Notes under the pieces: generated by a model | Database searches by the model: none | Told to the model about the DNA's origin: nothing | The model's input: the letters and a program-made list of their open reading frames with translations, nothing else | Position numbers and translations under genes: made by a program | In this document: one piece after another, positions 1 through 10,643 of the stretch | Position numbering within the stretch: the first letter of the stretch is position 1 | How the letters are laid out: each line of letters begins with the position of its first letter | IMG/VR virus record: IMGVR_UViG_3300050821_003315 | From: a virus | Strand: one strand, 5' to 3' | Length of the DNA stretch: 64,000 bases

Positions 1-76
1 CCTGGTACCACCAGTCGCACTGTGATGGCAGTTACGGGCTGAAGCCGTTGGATGCGTTCGTGCGAGACTGGGCGCG

Positions 77-102
77 GGAATAAGCAGAGCACGGCACTTG
101 TT
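77..102 (+). promoter_or_regulatory. SigR/SigH-type promoter GGAAT-N18-GTT
   Basis: GGAATA at 77 and GTT at 100; upstream of ORF starting at 131. Confidence 0.75.
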
Positions 103-130
103 GACAAGGGTTAAGGGACGAGGACTACAG

Positions 131-373
131 ATGGGGTCAGTGATGGGCAAGCTAAAGGAACTAGCGGCTTTGAGCGAACTAGGACGAGAGCACGGTTACA
201 CCCACTACGAGTGCACCTACAGCTCCCTGACGGATTCTCACGATGTCGTAGGCGTTACCCCCGAAGGTGACAAGCGACTTGTTATCCGCCTGGAGGATGA
301 GTCACGGGCCAAGGCTGTGGTGAACCTGCTTAACAGTGATATTGGCTGGGACGAGACCCGCGAGGAAATCTAG
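131..373 (+). CDS. hypothetical protein
   Basis: ORF 98..373; ATG at 131 preceded by GAGGA. Confidence 0.65.
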   Translation: MGSVMGKLKELAALSELGREHGYTHYECTYSSLTDSHDVVGVTPEGDKRLVIRLEDESRAKAVVNLLNSDIGWDETREEI

Positions 374-480
374 TGAGTGACGAAGAGCTGGATGCTGTGT
401 TGCAGCGGGTGAATGAGGATAGCGCTTTCTGTGGCACACAGGAAAGTTTCCTTATTCATCTTCTCCGCATGGAGGATTAA

Positions 481-699
481 ATGCCTGAGTACATTCACCA
501 GCGAGCGCAAACAGAACGCGATAAAGAGCAGGTAATGCGCAGGCTAGAGCTAGCGTGGAAAAGGCAGCCCACTATGCGCTTGGGTCAGCTACTGGTAAAT
601 GCACTAGGACCCGACCCTATGCCGGACCTCTTTAACACAGAGGACTTCGCGCTAGTTGATAAGGTCGAAAAATTCGTGAATAGGAATACGAGTGCCTAA
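481..699 (+). CDS. hypothetical phage protein (WxxxPxxRLGQLL type)
   Basis: GGAGG SD; motif WKRQPTMRLGQLLVN. Confidence 0.7.
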   Translation: MPEYIHQRAQTERDKEQVMRRLELAWKRQPTMRLGQLLVNALGPDPMPDLFNTEDFALVDKVEKFVNRNTSA

Positions 700-1144
700 T
701 CACAAGGTAGATAAGTGGGCGCACGATAAGTGGACATTCTCTAATAAGGAGTTCGTTAAGCGACTGGGAATGCCGCCCGGAACGCCTTTCTTTAACGTGG
801 AATTTCGCTCCTACGAACAAAAGATAATCGTTCACGTGAACGTGAAAACACAAAAGAACAAGGATGCCTGGGGCCGCGAGGTAGACCACGTATCTCACGA
901 GACGTGGGAATTCGATAAGCGTGAGGCACTGCAACTACTGGGTTTGCCTGTAAACGCGCCTGTGTTCTTCATAGGTAAGAACCACTATGACGGAAGTGTA
1001 GAAATTACCGCCAGTCATCGTGATTACCCAGAGCCACCTAAGCCAGAACCTGAACCGGAAGGGGAAGAGCCATCAGCAAGCGAGCAGCCAAATTCGTCAT
1101 GGTGGACCTCAATCACTTCCCGCTTTCGCAGTCGGCACCAGTAA
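692..1144 (+). CDS. hypothetical protein with internal duplication
   Basis: HDKWTFSNKEFVKRLGMPPGTPFF resembles HETWEFDKREALQLLGLPVNAPVF. Confidence 0.65.
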   Translation: MPNHKVDKWAHDKWTFSNKEFVKRLGMPPGTPFFNVEFRSYEQKIIVHVNVKTQKNKDAWGREVDHVSHETWEFDKREALQLLGLPVNAPVFFIGKNHYDGSVEITASHRDYPEPPKPEPEPEGEEPSASEQPNSSWWTSITSRFRSRHQ

Positions 1145-1303
1145 CTTGCGGTAATCGCAGCGACCTGCCCAAGAAAGAACGGCGTCATGCATGGGCGTCA
1201 ATGGGCAAGGATGTGCGTAATGCGGGCAGTGCGGGGTTCAAGGAATACCTGATTGGCGCATGCGTTACGTGTGGTCGTGACGAGAAGTTTGACCTGGAGG
1301 TGA

Positions 1304-3073
1304 ATGATGCCGAGACGACGCCCTGACGATAGCGAAGAACAACGGCGGGATACACAATCGCTAGAAGCACTAGCTGCGCTTACGGCTATTCGCGAACGTA
1401 TTCAAAACAGCGGAGGATATCCGCAAGACTACGGCTTCGCTGATGATAACGGCCACATCCACGCGCTAACTCCAGAGCAGTTGGAACTACGTGATTACCT
1501 AAACGGTGATAGTTCTCACCGTTCCCCTACAGGTCGTAATCAGTCTGAGCCTATAGGTGGTATCCAATGGGCAACTCCTACACCCTATCGCGGTTACGCT
1601 AGCGGTGGCCGAATCCGTACAAGCAGGAACAGCGGCAATGATGCGATACCCGCAACCATAGGCCGCACTGAGCCTTACACCGTCAACGCATACAACAGTA
1701 ACACTAGCGGTCTGAACCGCTTGTCGTGGAACATTAACTACTATCCGGAAGGAAATGAGATGCCCCGTCTTGCTATCCAGCAGCCTCTTGTCGAGCGGCT
1801 TAAGACTGAGCTTGAGGAGCGCAAGCGCGAAGTGCGTGCGCAGGTTGACAGCTCCATCACGCAGATGGAGCGCGCTCTTAGCTCTCTCCGGGAAGCCGTT
1901 GGTTACCTCAACGAAGAGGATATTAGCGTAACGTACATGGAAGAGTGTAAGTACATTGTCCGGAGTGCGCGAGAGAATCTGTCTCGCGCTTCCCGCGCAA
2001 TCAACCCTGCACCTGCTATCTTCACGAACATGGTTCGGCAATCTCGTAACTTGGTGGCTGAGACAGACCGTATCAGGAACGAGCGCGCGGAAGCCCAGGC
2101 TGAAGAGCGGGCACTTCAGTTCGCTGAAGCTCTTGCTGCCACAACGGATTACGTGCCGTCTGAGGGCGACTACGTGATGATTCCGCAATTCGCAGCGGGT
2201 CCGTGCCGCATTATGCAGGTTACGCCTAGCGTGGGCACTCCTAGCAGCCTAGACCATGCTAGCTTTGCGTTCACTGACTCCCAGGGTGGAATGGCCTATA
2301 CGCGTAGTCTTTCGTGGATGCGCTCTAACGGGCTTGTTCGTGCCACTGAGGAGCAACTGCAAATGCTACCGCAGTTCTACATCCCGAGTGCTGGTGATGT
2401 TATCGAGTTGCCTAACGGCCTTTCAGGTAACGACCCTACCGACATCACCGTTTTCACGGTGGACCACGTTACGCAGGACACTACGGTCTTCGATGACGAT
2501 GGTCGGCCGAACCCCAACGTCCGCCTTACGACGGCTGCTAACCCCGATGGTGCTTACACGCGTCGCGTGGCCCGCTTGCGAGCGCTAGGCATGCGACGGA
2601 CTGACAGGGAAGATGTTGCCCCGGCTAACGTTCCTGACACCGACCTACAGGTGGGAGACAATTTCAGGTGTAACCGCGCTACAACTCACATCGACAGCAG
2701 CATGAGTGCCAATACGGTTTTTGAGGTGGTCGGTACTTCTGACCAATTGGTAGGGCGCGGTGTCCGCTTTCGCGTTCTAGGCGGCAACTACGTATTCGAG
2801 CGCACTATGCCTGAACTACGGGAGGCAGGACTAGTTGGCGTCATTCCCGGAGCGAATTCCAGTTGGGTGCCCGTAGTCGGAGATGTCATCCGTTTCAACG
2901 GTTCTATGCGCTATCACGTGACGGGAGTGGAATTCGGTGACCGGGTTACCAACCCCATTGTTAGCTTCTACGCTGAGAACGACCGTCGAGTTGAGCGAAA
3001 CGATGGTGAACCCTACACCTACCGTTACCCCATGAGCGAGCTGCGCACGCTCGGGTTGCGTCCGGGTAACTAA
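1304..3073 (+). CDS. hypothetical protein: coiled coil plus four tandem small beta-barrel-like repeats
   Basis: 589-aa ORF; repeats begin (Y/W)xPxxGD and end YTR/FER..LRxxGL; possible internal start at 1759 with GGAAGG SD. Confidence 0.7.
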   Translation: MMPRRRPDDSEEQRRDTQSLEALAALTAIRERIQNSGGYPQDYGFADDNGHIHALTPEQLELRDYLNGDSSHRSPTGRNQSEPIGGIQWATPTPYRGYASGGRIRTSRNSGNDAIPATIGRTEPYTVNAYNSNTSGLNRLSWNINYYPEGNEMPRLAIQQPLVERLKTELEERKREVRAQVDSSITQMERALSSLREAVGYLNEEDISVTYMEECKYIVRSARENLSRASRAINPAPAIFTNMVRQSRNLVAETDRIRNERAEAQAEERALQFAEALAATTDYVPSEGDYVMIPQFAAGPCRIMQVTPSVGTPSSLDHASFAFTDSQGGMAYTRSLSWMRSNGLVRATEEQLQMLPQFYIPSAGDVIELPNGLSGNDPTDITVFTVDHVTQDTTVFDDDGRPNPNVRLTTAANPDGAYTRRVARLRALGMRRTDREDVAPANVPDTDLQVGDNFRCNRATTHIDSSMSANTVFEVVGTSDQLVGRGVRFRVLGGNYVFERTMPELREAGLVGVIPGANSSWVPVVGDVIRFNGSMRYHVTGVEFGDRVTNPIVSFYAENDRRVERNDGEPYTYRYPMSELRTLGLRPGN

Positions 3074-3100
3074 GTAATCCGGTTCGTCTTTAAAGAAGGA

Positions 3101-3943
3101 GTGGTTATCATCCATACCGCATTCCGAGGCGTCTTTTCTTTCGGTCCTTTCTCTCTTCCCGTCCGTCTTGGCTCAGTGGTCCCGAGCAACAAGAACGGCG
3201 GCTTGCACATGATGCGGAAGTCTGATGGCTCTCGTATCGAGTACGTGCGCGTTGCCAAGGCTGACCGGGAGAGGGGGGAGCTTAACGAGGTTCGCTGGGA
3301 GGACATCGGGCGTGGCTTTGAGATTCCTGGCGGCAATGTCCTGCTCACTGATGCTGAGCTAGCGGAAGTCAAGGGGGACGAGAGGCACTGCGGGGAAATC
3401 GTCACCTTCGCCAAGGCGTCTGACATCCCTGCTCAGGCTATCGACAAGTCCTACCACGTCAAGCCCGGTGACGGGGGCGACAGGGGCTACGCGCTGCTTC
3501 ACGCGGCGCTGAAGCGTGCTGGGAAGGTCGGAGTGCTTCGCTTCGCGATGCGCGACAGCGTTCACCTTGCCATCCTGTCGCCAGACGATGAGGGCTACCT
3601 GGTGTTGTCCCAGCTTCATTGGGGCAATGACATGACGCGGCCTGATTTTGAGGCTCCCAGCGCCACGTTCTCGGACAAGGACAACTCGCTGGCTGACCAG
3701 CTTATCGAGACTCTGTCTGATGACGAGTTCGATTTCTCGCAGCACAAGGACGAGAGCGCTGAGCGCCTTGAGAATATCGTCATGGCCAAGATTGCTAATG
3801 GCCCGACACATGTAACGGCTGATGAGGCTATCAGTGCGGATAAGGACGCTACCTCTTTCACGGACATGATGACTGCAATCCAGCAGACCATCGACGCAAG
3901 TAAGGCGGACAAGCCTAAGTCGCGTAGGAAGAGTGTCGCCTAA
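3101..3943 (+). CDS. ku: Ku DNA end-binding protein (NHEJ)
   Basis: FRGVFSFGPFSLPVRL N-terminus, RIEYVRV, DIGRGFE, KSYHVKP, YALLHAAL, KVGVLRFAMR, QLHW match the prokaryotic Ku pattern. Confidence 0.9.
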   Translation: MVIIHTAFRGVFSFGPFSLPVRLGSVVPSNKNGGLHMMRKSDGSRIEYVRVAKADRERGELNEVRWEDIGRGFEIPGGNVLLTDAELAEVKGDERHCGEIVTFAKASDIPAQAIDKSYHVKPGDGGDRGYALLHAALKRAGKVGVLRFAMRDSVHLAILSPDDEGYLVLSQLHWGNDMTRPDFEAPSATFSDKDNSLADQLIETLSDDEFDFSQHKDESAERLENIVMAKIANGPTHVTADEAISADKDATSFTDMMTAIQQTIDASKADKPKSRRKSVA

Positions 3944-5055
3944 ATGGTTCTGGAAGATTCCTTTCACGTGGAAGAGCGTCGTCCGGCTGAGCGTCATAGC
4001 TGGACGCCTGTAGGGTACTCCAAGCGCTCTGCCACTGATGTGGAACTAGCTGAGATGGTCGCCACCGTAAACCGGTGGCGGCTGTCCGCTGGCCCTAAGG
4101 GCTGGGAATTCCGGGTCGTGCGCACGACTAAGACAGTTACGGAGATTTAATGACTGAGTTCTGGATACGGGAATGGGGTGGCCCATGCAATGACTTGTCT
4201 GCCATCCCACTCGAAAAGCTGAAGGACTACGAAGGTAAGCGCGTACGCGTTGCCCTTGTTTACGCGGGTATCCTTGAACGCGCAGACTACGGTAACGAGT
4301 TCGTCATCCGAGATGGCTGCACTCGTTACCTCAGGCGTTCCCACATCGAATACATACAGGAGCAGTAATGACACCCCCGCACTCAGTAATCATTTCCGGT
4401 GGCGCGTTCAAGCCCGGTGACAGTCGCGAGGAAGACGGTTACATGTGGCTCGCAGGGCCTAACGGTGAATGGACTGTTTATGAGCGTCTTCAGGATAACG
4501 GCGTTCGTCAGGTCCTGGACAGTTACGGCAATGCCAAGCGCTACCGCGTTACGGGTCTCATGCTGGAGGAAGTTCCGCTGTGAACGAGCGATATCGAATG
4601 ATGCGCGAAACAGTCGAGACTGTAGACTATACAGACATCGTAACTACGTCGTTGCTTAACCTGGCACGAGGATTGGACGACGAAGCTACTCGCCTGCTAA
4701 TAGGCAAGCTCATTACGCACTATCTGACTCGTTCTGACGCTATAGACGACTACTACGACAAGTTGTACGCCTTGGAAGACTGTGAGGCGCTATTGTTCAC
4801 CTGGCGCAAGGAAGTGCTGGGGCAGCTGAAAGCGCACCGTAAGGCAGGTGGTGACTAGTGACCTATGCCGCAATGCACGAATACCTAAAGGCGCTTCTGG
4901 AAGTTCCGGAAGGTGTTGTGCACGAAATGCTAGAACTTCTGGAGACCTGGCAACCACTCGACGCTATCGATTTCACAGCTAAGAGCGGTGCTTACACACT
5001 ACGGTGTCCCGGTGGTCAATTCGAGCTTCGCAAGGACGGCGAAAGGGTTATCTGA
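3944..5055 (+). CDS. run of five small coupled hypothetical ORFs (3944-4150, 4150-4368, 4368-4583, 4580-4858, 4858-5055)
   Basis: stop/start overlaps typical of phage operons. Confidence 0.6.
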
Positions 5056-5813
5056 TGACTACGGGCATGAAGGGTTTCAGCGAAGACGGAGACTGGGATT
5101 TCGCAGCCGGAAGTGTCTACGGTTTTCGTTCATGGACGATGGAAGTCAGTAATCCCGGCCCGGAGCTGTCAGAGGTTAGTTTCAGGGTTACGGGACATTG
5201 GGGAGGACACTGGTCTTCTGCCGTGCAGGAAGCTTCATGCAGATACGCCATGACGCAGAACTGGATTGAAAATCCGGATGCCCGTCTTTGTAACAGTCCT
5301 CACGAATCGGTTCCTAGCGAAAACTGCGGGTGTGGATTCTGGGCGTACTGGGAAGCACACGAGCCACTCGGATGTATCTATCCGCATCGACAGTTGAGCG
5401 CGGAATATCACAAGATTGAAGCTGCACCGTACGATACCGCCCAATATACAGGGGTAGACGACGTAAATTGGATTCGAGACCTCAATGAGGCGTGGTACAA
5501 GTGTCCTATTGCAGGTTTGGATGTGCCCCTAAAGGGCATTATCGAGGGATTCGGACGCACCATTATTGGTGAAAGAGGATTCCGCTGCCAGAAAGCAGTA
5601 ATCAAGAATCTCGCAATTCCTGAACCTATTATAGGAGGCGGGTTCATAGCAAGTAAGCAAACCCAAGTTAGAGCGGAGATTGAAGAACTAATAGGCGTTA
5701 GCGTTATTGACCTAGTTAGTTACGGCCTAACGCAAGCAGGAATTGACGTACCGCTCGAAAGCTCAATCAATAACCTGGCAGCGGCTTATGCGAGCTATAG
5801 GAGTACTAAATGA
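5055..5813 (+). CDS. CGCGxWA family protein, paralog 1
   Basis: GSVYGFRSW, GHWGGHW, CGCGFWAYW, GRTIIGERGFR shared with 6893, 9942 and 61279. Confidence 0.8.
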   Translation: MTTGMKGFSEDGDWDFAAGSVYGFRSWTMEVSNPGPELSEVSFRVTGHWGGHWSSAVQEASCRYAMTQNWIENPDARLCNSPHESVPSENCGCGFWAYWEAHEPLGCIYPHRQLSAEYHKIEAAPYDTAQYTGVDDVNWIRDLNEAWYKCPIAGLDVPLKGIIEGFGRTIIGERGFRCQKAVIKNLAIPEPIIGGGFIASKQTQVRAEIEELIGVSVIDLVSYGLTQAGIDVPLESSINNLAAAYASYRSTK

Positions 5814-6073
5814 ACATCGACCTAATAGCCAAGGTGATTGTCCGTGATGCTCTGCGAGAAATGGGCGTTACCGGAAGTGCTCAGGTGGCTCCCGTAGCAG
5901 AGCAGATTGTTACTGCCTTGCGTGAGGCTGGCTTGCTGGTTCCTGAGCCTAAGCCTCCTACGGCCTTTGGGCACCCTCCCGGCGCTAGAGGGCTAGCGGA
6001 CGAGGAACCGTGGGTGGACGTGGATACCGGCGGAAAAAGGCTGTCACCAGGGCCGCCTGTACCAGGGCGGTAG
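5810..6073 (+). CDS. hypothetical protein
   Basis: coupled ORF with SD. Confidence 0.6.
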   Translation: MNIDLIAKVIVRDALREMGVTGSAQVAPVAEQIVTALREAGLLVPEPKPPTAFGHPPGARGLADEEPWVDVDTGGKRLSPGPPVPGR

Positions 6074-6098
6074 GAATACTCTTGGCAAGTTCGTTGTT
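6073..6098 (+). promoter_or_regulatory. SigR/SigH-type promoter
   Basis: GGAATA at 6073 and GTT at 6096, intergenic. Confidence 0.75.
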
Positions 6099-6298
6099 AG
6101 TGCACCGGGAGGTGACACCATGAACAGGATTAAGATAGACAAGGGTTCGTTCTACCTGAGCATCAACAGCGACTACTACGTGTTCCTACTGTCTTTCTTC
6201 AACAGGTTCGACATCTCTCTCATGCACAGTAAGAAGCGCAGGGAACAAATCAGTAAAGCGCGACGAGAAGCGCGTGACGCATTTAAGGGGACAAAGTC

Positions 6299-6727
6299 AT
6301 GAACCGTAAGATTGTCATCGGCGGCGTTGTGGCGGCGGGCATCGTGGGTATCTCGCTCACTGCATGTGGCCCTGCTCACAACAGCTCCGGTGCTACGCAC
6401 AAGGTCAAGCTAGAAAACGTGGGCGTTGCTGGCGGGGCAGTGCCCGCCGCTGACTGTGCTGTCAGCCTGACCGCCAAGGGCATTACCGCTTACCTGGACT
6501 TCCACGGTACCGTAGACGGCCTTACGGCTAGTTCCCAGTGCCACGAGCTTACCAAGGTCGCCACGCACCAGAAGCACGTCACGGTTACGCAGGTGACCGA
6601 TATCCCGGCGTCCTACAAGTCGGTGTGCTCGGCTACGTCCACCAAGGGCTACACCGTCACGGTGTACTCCAAGAACGCGCTGAGTGACGCTGCTGGCAAG
6701 CAGTTCTGCAAGGCATTCGCTAAGTAG
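6299..6727 (+). CDS. putative lipoprotein
   Basis: signal peptide with lipobox SLTAC. Confidence 0.7.
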   Translation: MNRKIVIGGVVAAGIVGISLTACGPAHNSSGATHKVKLENVGVAGGAVPAADCAVSLTAKGITAYLDFHGTVDGLTASSQCHELTKVATHQKHVTVTQVTDIPASYKSVCSATSTKGYTVTVYSKNALSDAAGKQFCKAFAK

Positions 6728-6892
6728 GAGCCATAAAGTGCCGGAGAAGCAATCTGAACTAGAAATTGAACTGCTAAAGTGCCTAAAGGAAGAAGCCGCT
6801 GACCTCAGGGCAACAGTGCGAATGCTTGCAAAGAAGCTGGCGATAACGGCTAAGAAAGTCGAAGAGCTAGAAGCGCTTCAAGAGGGGGAGTA

Positions 6893-7672
6893 ATGCCGCT
6901 AGAGGGCTTTACAGAAAAGCGGGAACCCGATGGCTGGGACCTGGGGCTAGGTAAGGTCATCGGCTACCGCTCTTGGAATTTCCGGCGGCATAACAACACG
7001 TGCCGGATTATGAACAATGCTATGGACGCATACGATAGGTTCGACGCATACAGTTACAGTTCTGAGGAGCTGCTTAAACGGCTCGGTTACCACTCGTCTT
7101 GGTATTCTGGTGGTGCGTGCCGTTGTTCTCATGGACTGTTCGGTAAGTGGGGGCAGCAATGGCCCACTAAGGTCATGGAAGCTAAGTGCTCACGCGATGA
7201 ATCAGTGGGGTGGCCTTTTATCGGTGGCTGGCCCTCTAGAGTTTCCGCAGTTATTAACTGCCCGCGAGTACTGGACAAGCCGGATGAGTGCGGGTGTGGC
7301 ATCTGGGCCTACTGGGACCTGCCAGCAGACGCTGATTTCGCCATGGATAGAAGCGGTAGTGCTGTTTACTGGCCAGTGGCGGGGCGTATTGAGGGTAGCA
7401 GTCGCGTCGTAATTGGGGAAAAGGGCTTCCGGTGCGAAAAGGCCACACTAACCCACCTGTTCGTAGTGCATAACACCCCCAAGGACGTTACTGACGACTT
7501 GGAGAAGACATTCGGGATTCCGGTCTTCAGGGGTGGCAAGAATACGCCTTTCACCAATCCGGTTCACGATTCAATCAAGCAAAACACCGAAGCTGACCCT
7601 GTTTACGGGCCTACTTGGCATCCCAATGACCCGATGTGGCGAAAGACGATACGAGTTATCACGGGGTTCTAA
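6893..7672 (+). CDS. CGCGxWA family protein, paralog 2
   Basis: GKVIGYRSW, GKWGQQW, CGCGIWAYW, RVVIGEKGFR. Confidence 0.8.
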   Translation: MPLEGFTEKREPDGWDLGLGKVIGYRSWNFRRHNNTCRIMNNAMDAYDRFDAYSYSSEELLKRLGYHSSWYSGGACRCSHGLFGKWGQQWPTKVMEAKCSRDESVGWPFIGGWPSRVSAVINCPRVLDKPDECGCGIWAYWDLPADADFAMDRSGSAVYWPVAGRIEGSSRVVIGEKGFRCEKATLTHLFVVHNTPKDVTDDLEKTFGIPVFRGGKNTPFTNPVHDSIKQNTEADPVYGPTWHPNDPMWRKTIRVITGF

Positions 7673-7929
7673 TGACAGCAGCAATAGAAGAAGTCGTAAT
7701 TGAGGGCATCGACCTAGATAACGTCCCTCCGTGTGCGTTGCCGTCGATTATCAGGCGAGATTGCGGACACCCCAGCGCATACCATATCCGCCCTAAGTGC
7801 GCAGACTGTGGCTGGCTTACCGCTAAATTCGTTTGCGAGGGCTGCCACCAGAAGCTGCTAGACGGCAAGGTTTGGTGTCCGCACCACGGTGCCGTTAAGG
7901 GCCTGCTAATAACCTGGGAGTACCTGTAA
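7672..7929 (+). CDS. small Cys-rich zinc-finger protein (paralog of 60194)
   Basis: DLDNVPPC..CGHPS..KCADCG..CEGC. Confidence 0.65.
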   Translation: MTAAIEEVVIEGIDLDNVPPCALPSIIRRDCGHPSAYHIRPKCADCGWLTAKFVCEGCHQKLLDGKVWCPHHGAVKGLLITWEYL

Positions 7930-9003
7930 TGACAGAGCGTGTTGCACTAGAGACCCTAGTCCGCTACCACGGTAGCATCGACTACGCGCACGGTGAGTAT
8001 CGCGTTGCAGGTTACTGTGACCCTCACCAGCGATACGACCTTACTGAGTGTACGGTACAAGAGCACTGGCCCGATGGCGTTGCTTACGAGCTATGGCCGG
8101 ATGGCATGGAGCGTAAATTCGGGTTGCGGGAAAACGCACTGTTTTACGTGCGCCGTAGCTCTTTCACAGTGCTGGAGACCTCATGAGTGACGAACGTCAG
8201 GATGTCGTAGACCGCGAAGCCGTGGGTATCGCCTTGATGGTGGCCAATGACGACGATAGTGCCGTCCGGGACAAGCTAGCCACCTTTATCCGGGAGCCTG
8301 ACCGCGTTACGGAGATGCTTCTGGGGTCTATGACTATCAGCGGCGTGCTTATGCAGATAGTGGCTCGGCTACTGGAAATCTCTAATGATGAAGTGGCCGG
8401 AATGTTGCTGGAAGTCATGTGATTACGAAACCGTGGGCCTGCGCAATTCTAATAGTAAGCCTGTACGCCATCATGGTCACTATGGTGGTTATCACACATA
8501 GCCCCTGGTTCATATTTCTCGCGATACCGATGGCGCGACTGATTGTAGAAGCCAGGCGTCCGTAATCTGTTCACTTGTTGACTAATAGGGTTTTAGGGGA
8601 GGATTGCTCGATGCTCGCAGCTAACGGCTGGCAACACACCCAATCAAGAGTCAGCGCCCCGCCATGGGCACCCTACAAGCGCATCCGTGTGGATAGCGGC
8701 ATGGTTAAGCTGCTTAAAGCACTGTGGAAGCAGGGAGTAGTTACCCGGTTCTCTTGTGAGTGCTGGAACGAGTGGAGCTGTGAGTACAACCCTTACGGGC
8801 ACTTCACTGAAGACGGTAAGGTTCAAGTGGTTTTCACAGGCGAAAACGATAAGGAAAACAGGGACTACGGCGTCCACGCTCTGCGTGAGCTTCTAGGCGT
8901 TGAAGAGCTTTATCCGGTAGGGTGGTGCTTTCATGAGAACTACCTAGAGGATTTGTTTGTCTACTTCCCGAGAGACTTGCTAGTCAAGTTTAATGACAAC
9001 TAG
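7929..9003 (+). CDS. small hypothetical ORFs (7929-8186, 8183-8422, ~8611-9003)
   Basis: ORF track; SD and coupled starts. Confidence 0.55.
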
Positions 9004-9361
9004 TTGCCTAATCGCTTTTTAGGAGGGGAATGCTGACATGAAGAATGTTACGGCTAAGTTCATCAGCGTGATGTGCTCGGGATTTACGACGGACCCGGAC
9101 AACAGTGAGATTGGGCTCGGCACGCTAGAAGCACTGATGAGCCAGCTTCCACCGTACGTATTCGGACAGGTTTATCCGGATGATATGACTGATGTTAAGG
9201 ACCTGTAATGGACGCGTACATCAAGCAGTTCCTAGAGCAAGCAAAGAATCGTTATGAAAGAAAGCTAGCCGATTCCCGATTCGATGAAGTGGCTGAGGCT
9301 TACAACTTCGGTGCTATAGACGCTATTGAAGAAATGCTCGAATACGTCCTTCATAACTACG

Positions 9362-9387
9362 GGAATACTTCCGACTGACAAGTTGTT
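9362..9387 (+). promoter_or_regulatory. SigR/SigH-type promoter
   Basis: GGAATA at 9362 and GTT at 9385; heads the run leading to GH5/GT2. Confidence 0.75.
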
Positions 9388-9417
9388 GGCATCGGTCGAG
9401 ACTACGAGAGGACCACT

Positions 9418-9933
9418 GTGGGACGCTCCCTAGACGTGACGGTAGTGTATGGCTACGACCTTGGCGGGTCGGAAGCCGGCTGGAAGTTCAACAAGGCTGG
9501 TAAGTACGAGACAGCGTGGCCGTCCTGGGTGAAGCTGAACGAAGACGGTTACCCCGACGATTCTGAGGACGAGGGTTTTGCTGAGCAAGCAGGTGACTAT
9601 CTTCTACGAGAGATGGCAGGATTCACAGAAGAGTATCGGGCGTCGTCCGCTAGTGACTACTTCGCACGCAAGAAAGCGGCCGAGCAGGCCGCTGGCATTG
9701 ACAAGCTGGTTTTCGATAGCCGGGGCGCATCATATGATTATGACCAGTGGGCCTTTGGCATAAAGCTAGGGTCAGGTTACGACATCCTGGAAATTAATCG
9801 TAACTGGTTCGACCCCGCTACCTTGAACTCTTACGACGCGATTCTTAATCGCGCTGTCACGCTCATGCAACTGGAATTCGACCCTGCTGAGCAGCCAGGG
9901 CCTAGAGTGCTGGCACTCGTTTCATTCTTCTAG
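9418..9933 (+). CDS. hypothetical protein
   Basis: 171-aa ORF with GAGG SD. Confidence 0.7.
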   Translation: MGRSLDVTVVYGYDLGGSEAGWKFNKAGKYETAWPSWVKLNEDGYPDDSEDEGFAEQAGDYLLREMAGFTEEYRASSASDYFARKKAAEQAAGIDKLVFDSRGASYDYDQWAFGIKLGSGYDILEINRNWFDPATLNSYDAILNRAVTLMQLEFDPAEQPGPRVLALVSFF

Positions 9934-9941
9934 GGGGAATT

Positions 9942-10643
9942 ATGCCCGGACGCATTTCTGGTATGGAGGGTTTCAGTGAGGCGGGGGAGTGGGAGTTCGG
10001 AGCCGGAACAGTGAAGGGCTACAGGGAATGGCAACTTAAGTACTCTCGCAAGTTCCCTCAGGAGCCTCTGGTTCCCGACAACTATCTTATGGGTCACTGG
10101 GGTGGGCAGTGGACGGGTAGTGATTGGCAGGAAGCACGTTGCGACCTCGCTGAGAGAATGGCTCACCTAGAGCAGGACGCTCATAGTAATACCCTTCAGA
10201 CGATGTTGCCTGAATTTCACAGCCCTTCCGATATCCCGGCAGAGATGTGTGGTTGTGGTTTCTGGGCGTTCTGGGAGCCTACACGCAATGTTCACAAGAA
10301 TGGACCGGTGGACTTCAGCTACCCAGCGTTTACCCTTGACGGTTACTGGGCAGAATTTTCACTGCGTGATAAGCCTGCCTGGGTTAAGGCCCACATTCAA
10401 GGGGTAGGCGAGGGGGCCGGCCGCACCATCATAGGTGAAAAGGGATTCCGGTCTCAGAAGATGAAGATGATTGCGCTAGCTGTGGTGACGCCGAATAGGC
10501 ATCCTATATTCGACGCCTCCATGGAAAAGTTCTTCGACAAGACAGCTGAAGAAATGGCTGATGAAATTAAGCAGCTAGTTGAGCAGATTGTTCCGGGGGT
10601 TCCAATCGTTAATGAAGTAGAGAAGCTTAAGGAGTTTATGTAA
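9942..10643 (+). CDS. CGCGxWA family protein, paralog 3
   Basis: GTVKGYREW, GHWGGQW, CGCGFWAFW, GRTIIGEKGFR. Confidence 0.8.
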   Translation: MPGRISGMEGFSEAGEWEFGAGTVKGYREWQLKYSRKFPQEPLVPDNYLMGHWGGQWTGSDWQEARCDLAERMAHLEQDAHSNTLQTMLPEFHSPSDIPAEMCGCGFWAFWEPTRNVHKNGPVDFSYPAFTLDGYWAEFSLRDKPAWVKAHIQGVGEGAGRTIIGEKGFRSQKMKMIALAVVTPNRHPIFDASMEKFFDKTAEEMADEIKQLVEQIVPGVPIVNEVEKLKEFM

